From the NCBI GenBank assembly GCA_002104905.1, contig MCFE01000162.1, forward strand, positions 1 to 64,000: a DNA stretch of 64,000 nt, read 5' to 3'. The first letter of the stretch is position 1; every line of letters starts with the position of its first letter. Under the pieces are notes generated by a model that saw only the letters and a program-made list of their open reading frames with translations, was not told the origin of the DNA and did no database searches. This stretch comes from Basidiobolus meristosporus CBS 931.73 (lineage: Eukaryota > Fungi > Basidiobolomycota). The position numbers and the translations under genes were made by a program. Positions 12,034 through 25,000 of this stretch are shown here, in pieces.

Positions 12034-15000
12034 ATGCCTATCGATAAGAACAACAGGGAAGCCAGGTCAATTCACCTCTCTTCTCTCTACAAACACGATG
12101 CAGAGAAAAACGAGGCCACCAATAGTTCAAGTGGAATCAGTCATTTGACGAGACCTTTGCACACCGCCTATGAGCCGGAGGCCAGCCCTTCGCCTAAGCG
12201 GCAACGCAGAATGTCAGTCACTCGTGAGCAGACATCCCCTGGCGCTTTCGATCATAATACAAACCATGGCACCGAGGCCCGTGATCCAACTCCTATCCAA
12301 GATGTAGACGGTAGCCTTCCGATCTCCAGCAGATCTTCTGGGCCTACCCCTACTAGTAACATGTTCAGCGATAATAGCAGCAAAGTATCTAATGTAAATA
12401 ATAATGAAAACAGACCTGTTGCTCCAGCAGCTCACAGTGGTTCCTCCCAGGCTGAGGCAGGGAAACCAACCATAAAGAGGTTGATTATCAAGGGTTTCAA
12501 AGGTGAGTGAAGAGCACCAAACTTGGTTCGGTTGAAAGAAGTGAACTGGGGATTTAAGAGTCGCAACTAACTCGCGCTATATATGTATGCCCTAGTCAAA
12601 CCTAAATTACCGGAAAACTATGAGACAAAAACTTGGCAGAAGCTCAAAAATGCCGTCAAAGCAATTCATGAAAGTCAGCCAGTTCCTGACAGCTTAGAAG
12701 AATTGTATAAGGTTTGTGCTTATATCGGTTTTCATGCGCCGCCTCTCTTCTCATTGGAAATGTTGCAGGCTTGTGAGAACTTGTGTCATCACAAAATGGC
12801 AAACTCTTTGTACCGTAAACTCAAAGCAGTCTGCGAGGAACACAGCATCGAACAAATGAAAGCCCTGAAAAGGTACCCAGTTCATTCTTCCATTTCCACA
12901 ACAACACTTAGCACTAACCCACGCCAACCAGTAATGTCACGGCAAATGAGGCTTTCCTGACAACCACTGATAGTCACTGGAGAAGCTACTGTCGACAAAT
13001 GGTATGAAGTCCACCACTCAGACTCGCCTCCCGTCGTAGTGTTGCTCACACATCGCAATTCTAGATGATGATCAGGAGCATCTTTCTCTATCTCGATCGT
13101 ACGTATGTGCTCCAAACGTCTGGCCTGTTGTCATTGTGGTAAGTGAGAGATCATCAGATGAATGATAGGTCTGAAGGTAGCTAATCAGACTGGTGGATGA
13201 TAGGGACATGGGGCTGTGCTTGTTCAGAGAGCACGTCATGGATTCTAAGGAAATCTGGAAGAAAACCTTGGACGGCCTGCTATACCTGATAGAGAAAGAA
13301 AGATCCGGGGAATCGGTCAACCGAGCGATTCTCAAATCATTGTTGCGGATGCTGATGGACCTCGAAATGTACTCAAGTGGCTTCGAGGGGGCTTTCTTGG
13401 AATCCACCGAGCGTTTCTACCATAAAGCTGGCAATGTTCAGCTGCATGCGTTGGAGGTGTCGCGGTATCTCCTCTACGTCGAGCAGAAACTACAAGAAGA
13501 GAAACTGCGCGCTGTTCATTACTTGGACAAGGAGACTAGTAGGCCTCTGATAGATCTGGTTGAGAAGAAGCTTATACTGGCCCCCGCGCTGTTCCTTCTG
13601 GAGAAAGGCTTTGACGATTTAATGAATAGATACCAGAAGGATGATCTCGCTAGACTATACACATTACTTGCTCGAGTGAATCAGCTGCATCAGCTGAAGT
13701 CTTTCTTTGGGAGATATGTGAAGAAAACCGGACTCGAGATAGTGACCGATAGTAGCCGAGATAGCACAATGGTGCAAGACTTGCTTGATCTCAAGCGGAA
13801 ACTGGATAGTATTCTGGATGTCAGCTTCCAAAGTAACGAGAGCTTTTTCAACACAATGAAGGAGAGCTTTGAGGAATTCATCAACGTCCGACAGAACAAG
13901 CCAGCCGAGATGATCGCCAAGTTTGTTGACTCGAAACTTCGCTCTGGCAACAAGACTGCCACAGACGAAGAGCTGGAGAACATTTTGGACAACGTTCTGA
14001 TTCTATTTCGGTTTATCCAAGGCAAAGACGTGTTTGAGGCGTTCTACAAGCGCGATCTTGCCAAGCGGCTACTCCTCAACAAGAGCGCCTCCTTCGATGC
14101 AGAGAAGTCCATGCTTTCCAAGTTGAAGACGGAATGCGGTGCCAGCTTCACAAGCAAATTGGAGGGAATGTTCAAAGACATGGACGTTTCGCGCGACATC
14201 ATGGTCTCTTTCCGCCAAACCCAGAAATACAAGGAGTTCTGTAATAATATCGAGCTCAACGTATCGGTCCTAACGCAGGGATACTGGCCTACTTACTCTC
14301 CTCCGGAGATCACATTGCCCGAACAGGTAAGCCCTAATGACTACGGCTTGCGCTTTGCACAGAACGCCATTCTCAAACCATCCCTATAGATGGCCGAATA
14401 CCAAGAAGTATTCAAAACTTTTTATTTAAGCAAGCATCACGGCCGACGTTTGATGTGGCAACACTCGCTGGGCCACTGTATCTTGAAAGCTCACTTCCCG
14501 AAGGTGAGCAACTACGCCTTATACTTCACACGCCGGTCTCGGCACACTAACTTCGTTCGCAGGGTAAAAAGGAACTTTCGGTGTCATTGTACCAAGCCAT
14601 AATCCTGCTGCTCTTCAACGATGTTGCCGTCGAAACCAAGTTAAGCTACAAAGAAATCGCTGTGGCCACCAATATAGGTTCGCTGATGATTCGGATTGGC
14701 GTGGGCGCCCATTTGCTAACCTTTACTATGTAGAGCGGAGCGAATTAGATCGGACCTTACAATCATTAGCATGCGGCAAGGTTCGCGTGCTTACCAAATA
14801 CCCCAAGGGTCGAGAAATCGGAGAGACCGACTGCTTCTCTTTCAACAAGGACTTCACGGCACCACTGTTTAGGATCAGGATCAATGCAATCCAAATGAAG
14901 GAAACGGTAATCTCTTTGCATTGAAGGTTGTGCAGGATCCATGCTAACCTGCATATGTGTCAGGTTGAAGAAAACACGCACACCACAGAAAGAGTCTTTC

Positions 15001-15273
15001 ACGACCGCCAGTACCAAGTGGATGCCGCTATTGTGCGCATCATGAAGACTCGGAAGCAACTTAGCCACACTCTCCTAATGAACGAGCTTTTCGAGCTATT
15101 GCGATTCCCAGTCAAGGTAAGGGCCCGCCAAGCATCGCGAACTTCATTGGCTGACTTCGTCATCGGACAACCCGTAGGCGACCGATTTGAAGAAGCGCAT
15201 CGAATCTCTGATTGATCGAGAATACCTGGAGCGAAGCAAACTTGATGCAAGCGTGTATCAATATCTGGCTTAG
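12034..15273 (+). CDS. CUL4: Cullin-4 (CRL4 E3 ubiquitin ligase scaffold), multi-exon
   Basis: [23 protein letters not shown]; [52 protein letters not shown]; neddylation region [18 protein letters not shown]; C-terminus [22 protein letters not shown] with TAG at 15271-15273. Canonical GT-AG introns, e.g. 12503-12595. Confidence 0.93.
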
Positions 15274-16321
15274 CTCACCATGGCTGAGTGCTGCTTGGGA
15301 CAGACTTGTTCCGAGAGCTAGAAAAATCAGATTGTTTGAACCATCTCCCTCGGTCGCACATAGACATTGTTTGTGACATGAGGAGCAACGATCACCCATT
15401 CTCATTCGCCCGTCTGGCTGGCTGTATTCCCATCCTTTCCTAATCGCCATGCTGTGGCCATCTTGGTGCCACAGTCCCAGCTTATCACCAAGCATCAAGT
15501 GCCTGTAAGCGTGCATGTCTCCCTACCCTCCCTACGCTCCCCAGTTGTTTAAAAAGAAGTAAAGTAATTCCATTCAGTTGCAGCGGCCATCAACACTGTG
15601 CACCAACCACACCAACCTCGGCGATCGGATCGAACACCTGGTGTCAGCCAACGTCGGAGTCATGTTCGCCTGACGGCCTCTTCCCCGAGGTCCGCAGCCA
15701 TTGGGCTAGCTTTGCAAGCTAGGTCTTTCCTACATATTAGTAATCAAAGACCAGAGTCATCCGTAGCTAGGTAAACCTGACCACCCACCATTCAAGCGCT
15801 AGGATGCGTCATCTCATCAGATGGTGCTTGCTGGCTATAGGTCGGGTGGGCCAGCCACAGATCAAGGCCAAGCTGAGATCTGGCTCGCTGGGACGGGCCC
15901 GAACCCATTTGGATTGTTATCCATAGATGATCATTTGCGAGTAACCAGATTCATTGGTGAAGGCCACGCAGCGACAAATATATCTCACTCGCTTGATCCC
16001 GTCCACTGCCATGGCTATATGCGACACGCATGGGATTTCCGCAAGCGGGTGATTCTGCCCTGATCTCCATTCCCTTGCTGCCATTAATGGCAATTTATTA
16101 AAAGCTGTATGACCGCGGATTTTATCCGGAAAAATAGCGGTTTCTGCTGCATACACCAATATCTGCGCACTTAACCATCAGCATGGCTTCATCGATTGCG
16201 CTAACTCATAAATACTATTCTCCTCAGTTACACACTCTTGATTATTCATTCACTTGGTTCCTTCAAATCCCTAGCCGTTTTTAAGGAGATTCCACTGCTC
16301 TCTACACACCCTCCTCACACC

Positions 16322-18058
16322 ATGAATAATAAATCGTCTCCGTTGCGACTCAAATTCTCCCACCGAGGTGAAACCCACTTCGTCTTCGTCAAAGGTACCT
16401 GATTCTTCTCTTGCTCGGGTTTTCTTCCTTCGCTTCTCCGCTAACCACCCTTTCCGATCTCGAGCAGAAGAGCAGCTGAGTTTTCCTCGCATTGTTCAGG
16501 AGTTTCAAAAGGAATACGATGACTTTCAGCTGAACGACTACAAGCTGCTGTGGAAGGATTCGGAGGGAGACTGGATCACCATAACCGGTATATATTTACT
16601 CTCCCCCTTGCTCATCCTTCATTTCGCTGATCCGCGTTTGTTCCCCAAGAAAATAATGATGCCTGGAGATACCTCAACGAAGTCATTGAGCAGGGCCACA
16701 GAAGAATCCACGTCAAATCCCGGATCACCGACAACGTTTTCATGGTTGGTTCCACCACCATCCCTCGCCTACCAAGCGCCGCTAATCTGTGTATACATTG
16801 TAGGGCTCGAATCTGGAAAAAATCTTGACGGATCGTACCTGTGTCTCACGACTGATAGACAAATATTCCAAAGTCACATATTCCATGAGCGAGTTGAAAT
16901 CCTATCTGGTGGAGCTTGAGATTGTCACGAACATCGTTATTGTCACCAAACCCACCCCCGAGCTGGTGAAGCATACGAAGCTAGTTGCCACCTGGCTTCT
17001 AAACAAATACAAGAACCTCACCGTCTACGTTGGGGATACGTTCAAAGAGAATCCCGCCTTCAAGCAAGAAGCACTGGCCTCCGAGAACCCCGCCATCGTA
17101 AATAGGCTGAAGTTTTGGTCTCGACAAAACCTCCCCGACTATGTGGACCTGGCAGTGACTTTAGGCGGGGACGGAACTGTCCTCTACACGTCACTGCTGT
17201 TTCAGGGAAAGGTCCCGCCTATCCTCTCGTTCCATCTAGGATCCCTGGGATTCTTGACTGTATTCAACTTTGGCCAATTTCAAGATACCTTGAGCTACAT
17301 AATTGACAGCAAGTCCGTCCAAGTCAATCTGCGTATGAGGATCAAGTGTACACTGTATCAACGCATGGTCAACCGCTTAATGGAGAGTGAGAACACACCT
17401 CTCTACGGGTCAGGATTGGGCATGAGTGATCTAAGTCTGGATGATCTTGACGAAGACTCGTGCGCACTTACCAAGAGCGGTGTGTACCATGTGGTGAATG
17501 AACTTGTCGTGGATCGTGGAGCCAATCCAAACATGGTGATGCTGGAGCTGTTTGTGGACAACATACATCTGACTACTGTGCTAGCGGACGGTTTAGTCAT
17601 AGCTACGGCAACGGGGTCCACTGCATACTCGCTTTCTGCCGGCGGCTCCCTGATCCACCCCGAGATGTACGCCATCCTTGTCACCCAGATCTGCCCTCAT
17701 ACTCTCACATGCCGTCCAATGGTCATTCCCGGCTACAAGGAGCTAAGAATATGCGTGCCGTCCCAGGCCCGAAGCACAGCATGGGTTCGTTACATCGTTT
17801 ATTGTTATAGTGCCGCATGGAACTTCAGATGCTAACCACGAAAAATCTCTCTCCACACAGGCATCGTTCGATGGGCACCATCGGGTAGAGCTGAATCGGG
17901 GGGATTCGATCACCATCACTGCATCCAACTTCCCGCTCCCATCGATATGCAAAGATGATCAATCTAAAGACTGGTTTAATGGGCTACGGCGAGTGTTGAA
18001 CTGGAACGAGAGAATTCCCCAGAAGATGTTTCACCCAAGTTCGTGGGACTTCGAGTGA
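16322..18058 (+). CDS. NAD(H) kinase with predicted N-terminal PB1 domain (5 exons: 16322-16394, 16468-16587, 16650-16744, 16804-17784, 17861-18058)
   Basis: NADK motifs LGGDGT, VVNE, ADG..ATATGSTAYSLSAGG, ICPHTL, ASFDG and WNER. Upstream exons joined by GT-AG introns with ctaac/gctga/gctaa branch sites encode a PB1-like sequence in frame. The kinase call is firm; the fusion depends on predicted splicing. Confidence 0.88.
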
Positions 18059-20229
18059 TTGGGAGTGACACTGGATTGGATCCCGCGGCCAATCATCACC
18101 CCAACGCTCACCTCACCGCCCATCGCCCACCACTCACCACTCACCACTCAATGCATCACCACTGGATCCACTCTCGGCACCATTTGTATTTATGTTATGA
18201 GCAAGAACACGTATGATCGTATCGATGTAATTAGTATATTTCAGATCTCTTGTTCATGTGAATGTCAATAGATCTTTCCTTTCGTCATCAACCACACCGT
18301 AGCCCACAGTTCTATTACACATGTCAAGCCACACACACAAACACACCCACTGACATTCCAGCTGAAGATTAAACACTAGCGCATCCAACAGTATTCCATG
18401 ATCTGTACCTGCGTATCCAGAGCCCTCGGATCTCGAGGTGATTTCGTGGCTAATATGACATTTCCCATAAACCTCCCCGACCCAACCGGACTCTAGGCTA
18501 GGATGGGATACTGAGGGAGCATGCGTCTTGATTCACGGGGTTGCCAGGAAGCGTTGCACCTCAATCAGGTTGAGTGGATCGATGGGACGACTTGGAGGGG
18601 ATGGTGCAAGCTCGGGCCTGTCAGGATAGGCGGACGCGGTGATTGGGTTGGGGCGCGGAAGGAGTTAGGCTATGTTGTGCGCCAACGGTGGTCTCATTGA
18701 TCTATCACGGATTCCCCTCGAGCTCCTGTTCCGTTTACCCATGATTGGGGGCGATGGATTGGCCCGCAGTTTCGGGGGATCTCTGCACACACTTTCCGAA
18801 ATCGGGGTATCATTCCAAATCCAAATCCACATCCACATCCAAACAGATAGGTGTGTTGGGTGAGAAGAATCTGGCCTTCCGCAGTGAGCATCTGGGTGGT
18901 CGTGTCTTTCGTAATCGTGCTTATCAATGGACGATTGCGTGTCTTCACAGAACCAACGACGCTGGGGAGAAGTGTCCCATCCTGTCCTAAGCGGAAATGG
19001 CCCGGGTGGAGATAAGGGCGTTTACCCGGCAAGCGGTGGACAACCATTCCTCAAACGGGCTTTGATCCAAGAGCCCACGACAGTCTCCCTTGCGGTGCGA
19101 TTTCCTTGTGCATGTCCCGGTGACTGCCACGTAGAGTCAATGGTCACCCTGAGCACAGATGTAGTGTAGCACCTGCCAACATGGAATCGCCGTGATAAAC
19201 GTCGGTTTGGCTTGGTGGCATAAATCCCACCTAGCTGAGATAAACCACTGGTTTCCAGCGCGCGTGAGCGAATGGCATATCCACGGTGTACTGGAGCAGA
19301 GTTGCTTGTGATGCCAGCACGAGACAAACTTGGTATACAGGGCGGGTTCCATGGGCTTGTCTACTGGGCGTATCGGTCGTGTTCTCAGGAATCCATCCGT
19401 GCTGCGGAATGTACCCTCAAAGCACTCGACGCGCATACAGTGCTCCAAACAAGCATGCCAGCCGTAGATCCTCTTGGATGATTTCCCTCTTTCATCGATA
19501 GGCCAACCCAAGTTGGCGAGCCACTATTTAGATCAGGCAGAAGCTTGCCATATTCAGAGATGAGCCAGGAAATCCAGGAAATCCAGTCCAGCCACACGTG
19601 AACATTTAGTATGCCTCTGTAGGGGCTGGTGACCTAGGAAAGCTGATGTCCGCGGGGAGCTCCTGAACATGGTGTGTCTAGCAAACAAGAATCTCCCCTC
19701 AAGGCGATGCCGTAGTAAGGTGTCCCACATCAGCTCCCAATAAATACTTCAGGCTGGATGTATGAAACCAATCTATATGTATCACACGGATCCACATCCC
19801 TATTTCCGGTTTGATTCAATATGACTGACTCAACGGGCAAATCAAATCGATTAAATGATCCCTTTTACAGGCGTCTACGTCAGTGACTTCACCATTATGC
19901 CCTCGTACATTTGGACCTCCCGCTGACATCCGCATTTAAGTCTTTCTCTAGTCTAACATATGCAATCTTTCCCAGTTGCTGCTGCCAACCCTCTGCAAAA
20001 CCTTATCTCTTCTTTGTGATAGCCACACCCCCCGTCACCACCACCCGCAACTTTTGGAAGCCTACCCAGTGCCTACTGCGGAACACCCACCCCACCCCCC
20101 TCCCACCTAACCCATCCTTAACTGTGCGATAACCTACCTAAGCCACCTTCCTCAATAACCTAACAAGCGCGCCTAGTCAAGCTGACCAAAACAGCCAACC
20201 ACGCACTGTGAGCAACCCAGTGTCCACAC

Positions 20230-21490
20230 ATGCCACGAGTAAGCTCAGGTAATATCTTGGGTTTGGAAACTCGGGAGACAGATGGCCTGACCGCCGCTGA
20301 GAAGAAGAGGGCCACCCTGCCGAGCTTTTTAAGCAGAGGCTTTCGACTAGCCGAGCTCGACAAACCGGTGAAGGCGTACGAGGAGTCCCTTCACCCCAAC
20401 CATGAACCGCTCAAGCCCGGTGTAGGGGCGGCTTCCCCTCCTACGGTGGCAGGTTTGCAAGAGAGAGCGGAAGTGGCTGACCAGGAGCAACTTGCCGCCA
20501 CCAGCCATAGTTGGCCAATCTTCCTGGTTATCCTACCTCCGGTGGTGTCCATATTCTTCGGGGACGCCCAGACCTGGAGCGATCTGTTGCTACTGGTGCT
20601 GGTTGGGTTCTACTTGTTCCTCGTCATCAAAGGTGAGCCCAATTTTTCCTGGTCCCGACCGCAACTAGGCGTGGTATTTGCTAACCCACACCACAGTCCC
20701 TTGGGAGCTCTATTTTGTAGCGAAGAAGAAACGGGTGAACCTCGTCTCTCAGGCCGGGGTCTACACCGAGCCGGGAAACGCCGCTCAAGAGGCGCTACGC
20801 TTCGAGGCGGAACGGAAGCTGAAACGCCAGGAGAGGGCCTCCTTCTTCGTGGTGATCCTATCCCCCATGTTGGGGGGTTACCTGTTGCACCAGTTCAAGA
20901 ACTACCTGTCGCAGTACGACCAGTACTTCTCCCAGCTGAACATCGTGATCTTCGTCTTCGCCGCTGGCATCAAGCCGATCATGTACCTAGCCGACCTGCT
21001 GAAAACCCGCGCCCTCATGTTGCAGGAGGAGATCCACTACCCGGTGGGTGAGGTGGAGGGGCTCAAGCGGAGGGTGGGTCTGTTGGAAAACGAGCTGACC
21101 CAGCTGAGGAATGCCTACGTCACGAAGCTGGAGATCAACCAAGTGAGGGATGGGATAGAACCCGCCTTGATTCAGCTAACCAGAATCTTGCAGAGGTACG
21201 AGAATCGGGAGCAGAGGATCCGAGCGAGGCAGCAGGAGAGACTGGCCGAGCTGGAGAAACGATTGGGGGAGATCGAGACGGGAGAGGGGTCCGCGCATGG
21301 GAACCATCCCCCGGAGAAGGCCCACACCTGGTTGCTCTTCTTCGTCGCCTGTTTCTCTAGGTTCGTGTTCCTACCCTTGAGCTTCGCCAACGGCTCGTTG
21401 AGGTTGGTGCAGTTTCTTCTACCAACCTCACTTCTCCCTGGATACGGCACCAAGCGGACCTCCTTGATTCAAAACTCGAATCCTGATTAA
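20230..21490 (+). CDS. Conserved fungal multi-pass membrane protein of unknown function with coiled-coil region (2 exons)
   Basis: Intron 20633-20696 (GTGAGC..ctaac..CAG) joins ORFs 20230 and 20678 in frame (FLVIK|VPWELY). Several hydrophobic helices and a heptad-rich segment (LKRRVGLLENELTQL). Confidence 0.78.
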
Positions 21491-21606
21491 GGCCGGCCGC
21501 ACAGAAACCTACACGTCCCATCAACGTCCTAGTTCGGTTTGGCTCGACTCGGCTCGGCCCCTTGGAAGCGGAGCGATACGCTCCTCGACCTTACCCAGTT
21601 TGCCTG

Positions 21607-21632
21607 CCCCCACCCCACCCCACCCCACCCCC
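21607..21632 (-). repeat. (GGGGT)n tract, potential G-quadruplex
   Basis: The + strand reads CCCCCACCCCACCCCACCCCACCCCC, five runs of 4 or more C. Confidence 0.7.
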
Positions 21633-22080
21633 AGTTTCAGTCTTTTCAATATCGCTTCTAAATCGTGCGCCCCATAGATCCCACCCACCCCCTCAAGTTT
21701 CGATCCCGCTCTTTCCCCGTGAACCCGACTAGCATCAACCAAACCTCAAGCAAACTTCACAACCACCACCGCCTGGATATCACCCAGTATCTTAGTAATG
21801 AATAAACCGAATCTTTGGCAGTTCCCGATAGATTGGTCTCATAGGTACGGGCGCGCGGAAGGGGAGTCCCTGTGCATCCCGTACCGGTCCCAAAAAATCC
21901 CTTCCCTAGCCACAGGTTGCCTAATACTCCCTGGTGGGTGCTTTTGTGGACTACACCCAAGCGTCATACAGGTGTAGGGCCTTGTTGATCCTTTGCAAGT
22001 GCCGAACATGAAGCCTAGCCATCTGTTATGTAATAGTAGTAGTAGACATTGCAGAGAGTGACAGCTTGGGGCTCATAACC

Positions 22081-25000
22081 TGTTGTAAGAGTCTTGGAGA
22101 TATTGGAAGTGATTGGGAGAACAAGTAGATTATGTGGTTTTCACTTAATGATTTATTGAATGTAAAAGTAGTATTTATACTTTTACATGGTCTTGGCATA
22201 ACAAACACATAGAATAGGCTAAGGAAGGTCCCAAGAACATGTGTGCAAAGTTTGGGGCTGTTTGGACAACTTTGAGAATTTTCATGTTCTGGGTAAATAT
22301 TCTAAGTAAATCCCAACAAGGAGTTTGGTCAGTATTCTCCAGGATTTGAAGGTAATGATCTAAGTGACTAAGTTAGGTGAATATTTAGGTGGAAATACGA
22401 ATTTTTACAACACTCCCACTCAGCTAAATGTTCATACTGACTAGTCCTAGTTTTGACCTGAGATATTCAAACTTGTCTGTAGCTAATGGTTTGCTAAATA
22501 TGTCTGCAATCATTTCATCTGTAGGACAGTAAACTAAGCTAATTAAGCTATTCTCTATAGCTTCACATATGAAATGATGTCTAATATCTATGTGCTTGGT
22601 TCTAGCATGAAAAGTTGGATTTCTACCTAATTGTATACATCCTTGATTATCTTGAAATAAAGTAATAGGCATTTTTTGACATAGGCCTAAATCTGTAAAA
22701 AGCTTTCTTAACTACATTGCTTCTTTTGTAGCTTCACAGGCTGCCATATACTCTGCCTCTGTGGTAGAAAGTGCTACAGTTGGTTGCTTTCTTGAGTTCC
22801 ATGAAATTGCTCCTTGTCAGTAAAGAAAGGTGTATCCTGTGGTGGATCTTCTGTCTTCCAAATTTCGTCCCCAATCAGCATCAGAGTATCCCACAAGATC
22901 CTGTTCTGAATACTTATAAGTGTATCTTAAGCAGATATCAGCAGTTCCTTTTAGGTATCTAAAAATCCGCTCAACTGCTGCAATATGATCAGATCCATAG
23001 TTCTGATTATGTTGGCTGACAACTCCCACTGAATATGAGATATCTAGATGTGTTCCAAGCATGATATACATCAGACTGCCAAACAAAGATTGATAAGGAA
23101 AGTCAGGGCTTTCAGATGGCACCAAGCTCTCTTGATTTGGCTGAGTTTTGACCAAGTTAAGGTTTGTCTCCATTGGGGTAGTTGCCGGTTTACAGTCTTC
23201 CATTTTGTACTTCTTTAGTATATCTTGAATATACTTGGATTGGCTTAGGCTGATAGTCTGGGTACTTCTGTCTATGGAGAACTTAATCCCTAAGTAGTAA
23301 CTAAGTTCTCCTAGATTGGCCATCTTGAACTCCTTATATAGGCTGGATTTAGTCTCTTCCAATGTTTCTAGGTTATTGGCGGCTATAATAAGATCATCCA
23401 CATATAGAGCTAATAGAACTGGATTTGCTCTATCTGGCTTATAGTATATACTATAGTCAGCATTACTTCTTTTGAACCTCAAAGATTCCAAATAAGAATC
23501 TATCTTGCAATTCCAGGCTCTTGGTGATTGTTTGAGACCATATAGTGACTTTTTAAGCTTGCAGACCAAATGGGGGTTATCTTGGTCAACAAACCCATCA
23601 GGCTGGTCCATATACATGTCCTTATCAAGTTCTCCATTCAAAAATGCAGTTTTTACATCCATTTGATGAATAAAAAACTTACATTTGGCTGCAATAGCCA
23701 ATATTAATCTGATGGAATTAAACTTGGCTACCGGTGCAAAGGTCTCAGTACAGTCAAGTCCTTTTGCTTGAGAGTATCCTTTGGCTACAAGTCTTGCTTT
23801 GTATCTTGCAATTGTACCATCAGCCTTGTATTTTGTCTTGAAGACCCATCTTCATCCAATTGATTTTTGATTGATTGGTAATTTGACTAAGTCCCAAGTT
23901 TGATTTTCCATCAGGGCCTGATATTCCTCAGTCATTGCAGATCTCCAAAACTTTGTCTGAGGGCTATTTAGGGCCTCTTTTACAGTCTGGGGTTCATCAA
24001 TATGGACTGAATAGGCATAGGCTAAGTTTGTACCCTCATTGATATAGTAATTTGGGCTATTTCTTGTCTGATTGGATCTCCGGGCATTTGATACTGGAAT
24101 GATCACTTCTGGGATATTCCTGGGCACTGATTCTGGCTGAACCATGGCTGTAGAGTCCTCTGGAGTGAAAAAATTTTCATTGTATTGCTCTGATTCAATC
24201 CAGACAATTGGTGGATTTGAGATCAGATTTTTGTCATCATCTGATGTCATTTTTTGTGAAAACTTTGAATTTTCATCAAACAACACATCCCTGGACTTGA
24301 TCAGCTTCTTTGCTTTGGTATTGTAGAGTCTGTATGCTTTACTCTCATTGCAGTAGCCCAAAAATATGCATTTTACACTTTTTGGCTCAAATTTTGACTG
24401 ATTTCCAGGCAGCTTCTTGGCATATGCTGTACACCCAAATATTCTTAGATGTTCTGCACTTGGTCTGTATCCATACTGTGCTTCAAATGGAGTAGAATCA
24501 AGAAGTATTCTGTTATAACTCCTATTTTTAAGATATACAGCAGTGGCAACTGATTCCAGCCAAAAATCATAGGATAATTTTTGATCATGGATCATAGATC
24601 TTGCCATATCAGTTATTGATCTGTTAGCACGTTCTGCTACTCCATTTTGCTGTGGGGAGTATGGTACAGTAGTCTCTTGCTTTATCCCATGAATTTTGCA
24701 GAAGTGGATGAAGAGTTTTGAGGTATATTCTCCACTATTGTCAGAGAGTACTTTCTTGATTTTTTCACCAGTTTCTCTCTCCACCTTGGCTTTAAACTCC
24801 CTGAACTTAGACAGAGCTTCCTCCTTTCTCTCCATGAAGTAGATCAATGTGTATCTTGTATAATCATCAATAAAAGTGATTAAATACTTCATCCCGCCTA
24901 AGGATAAATTTTGCATAGGTCCACACAGATCTGAGTGAGTTAGTGCTAATTTTTTCTTAGTTTTGATTAACCCACAGCCCTAGAACGGTTGTCTGACTTG

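Noticed and set aside
18670-19600. Cluster of overlapping short ORFs and a TCCAAA/TCCACA hexamer run
   Set aside because: No dominant frame or motif; treated as intergenic.
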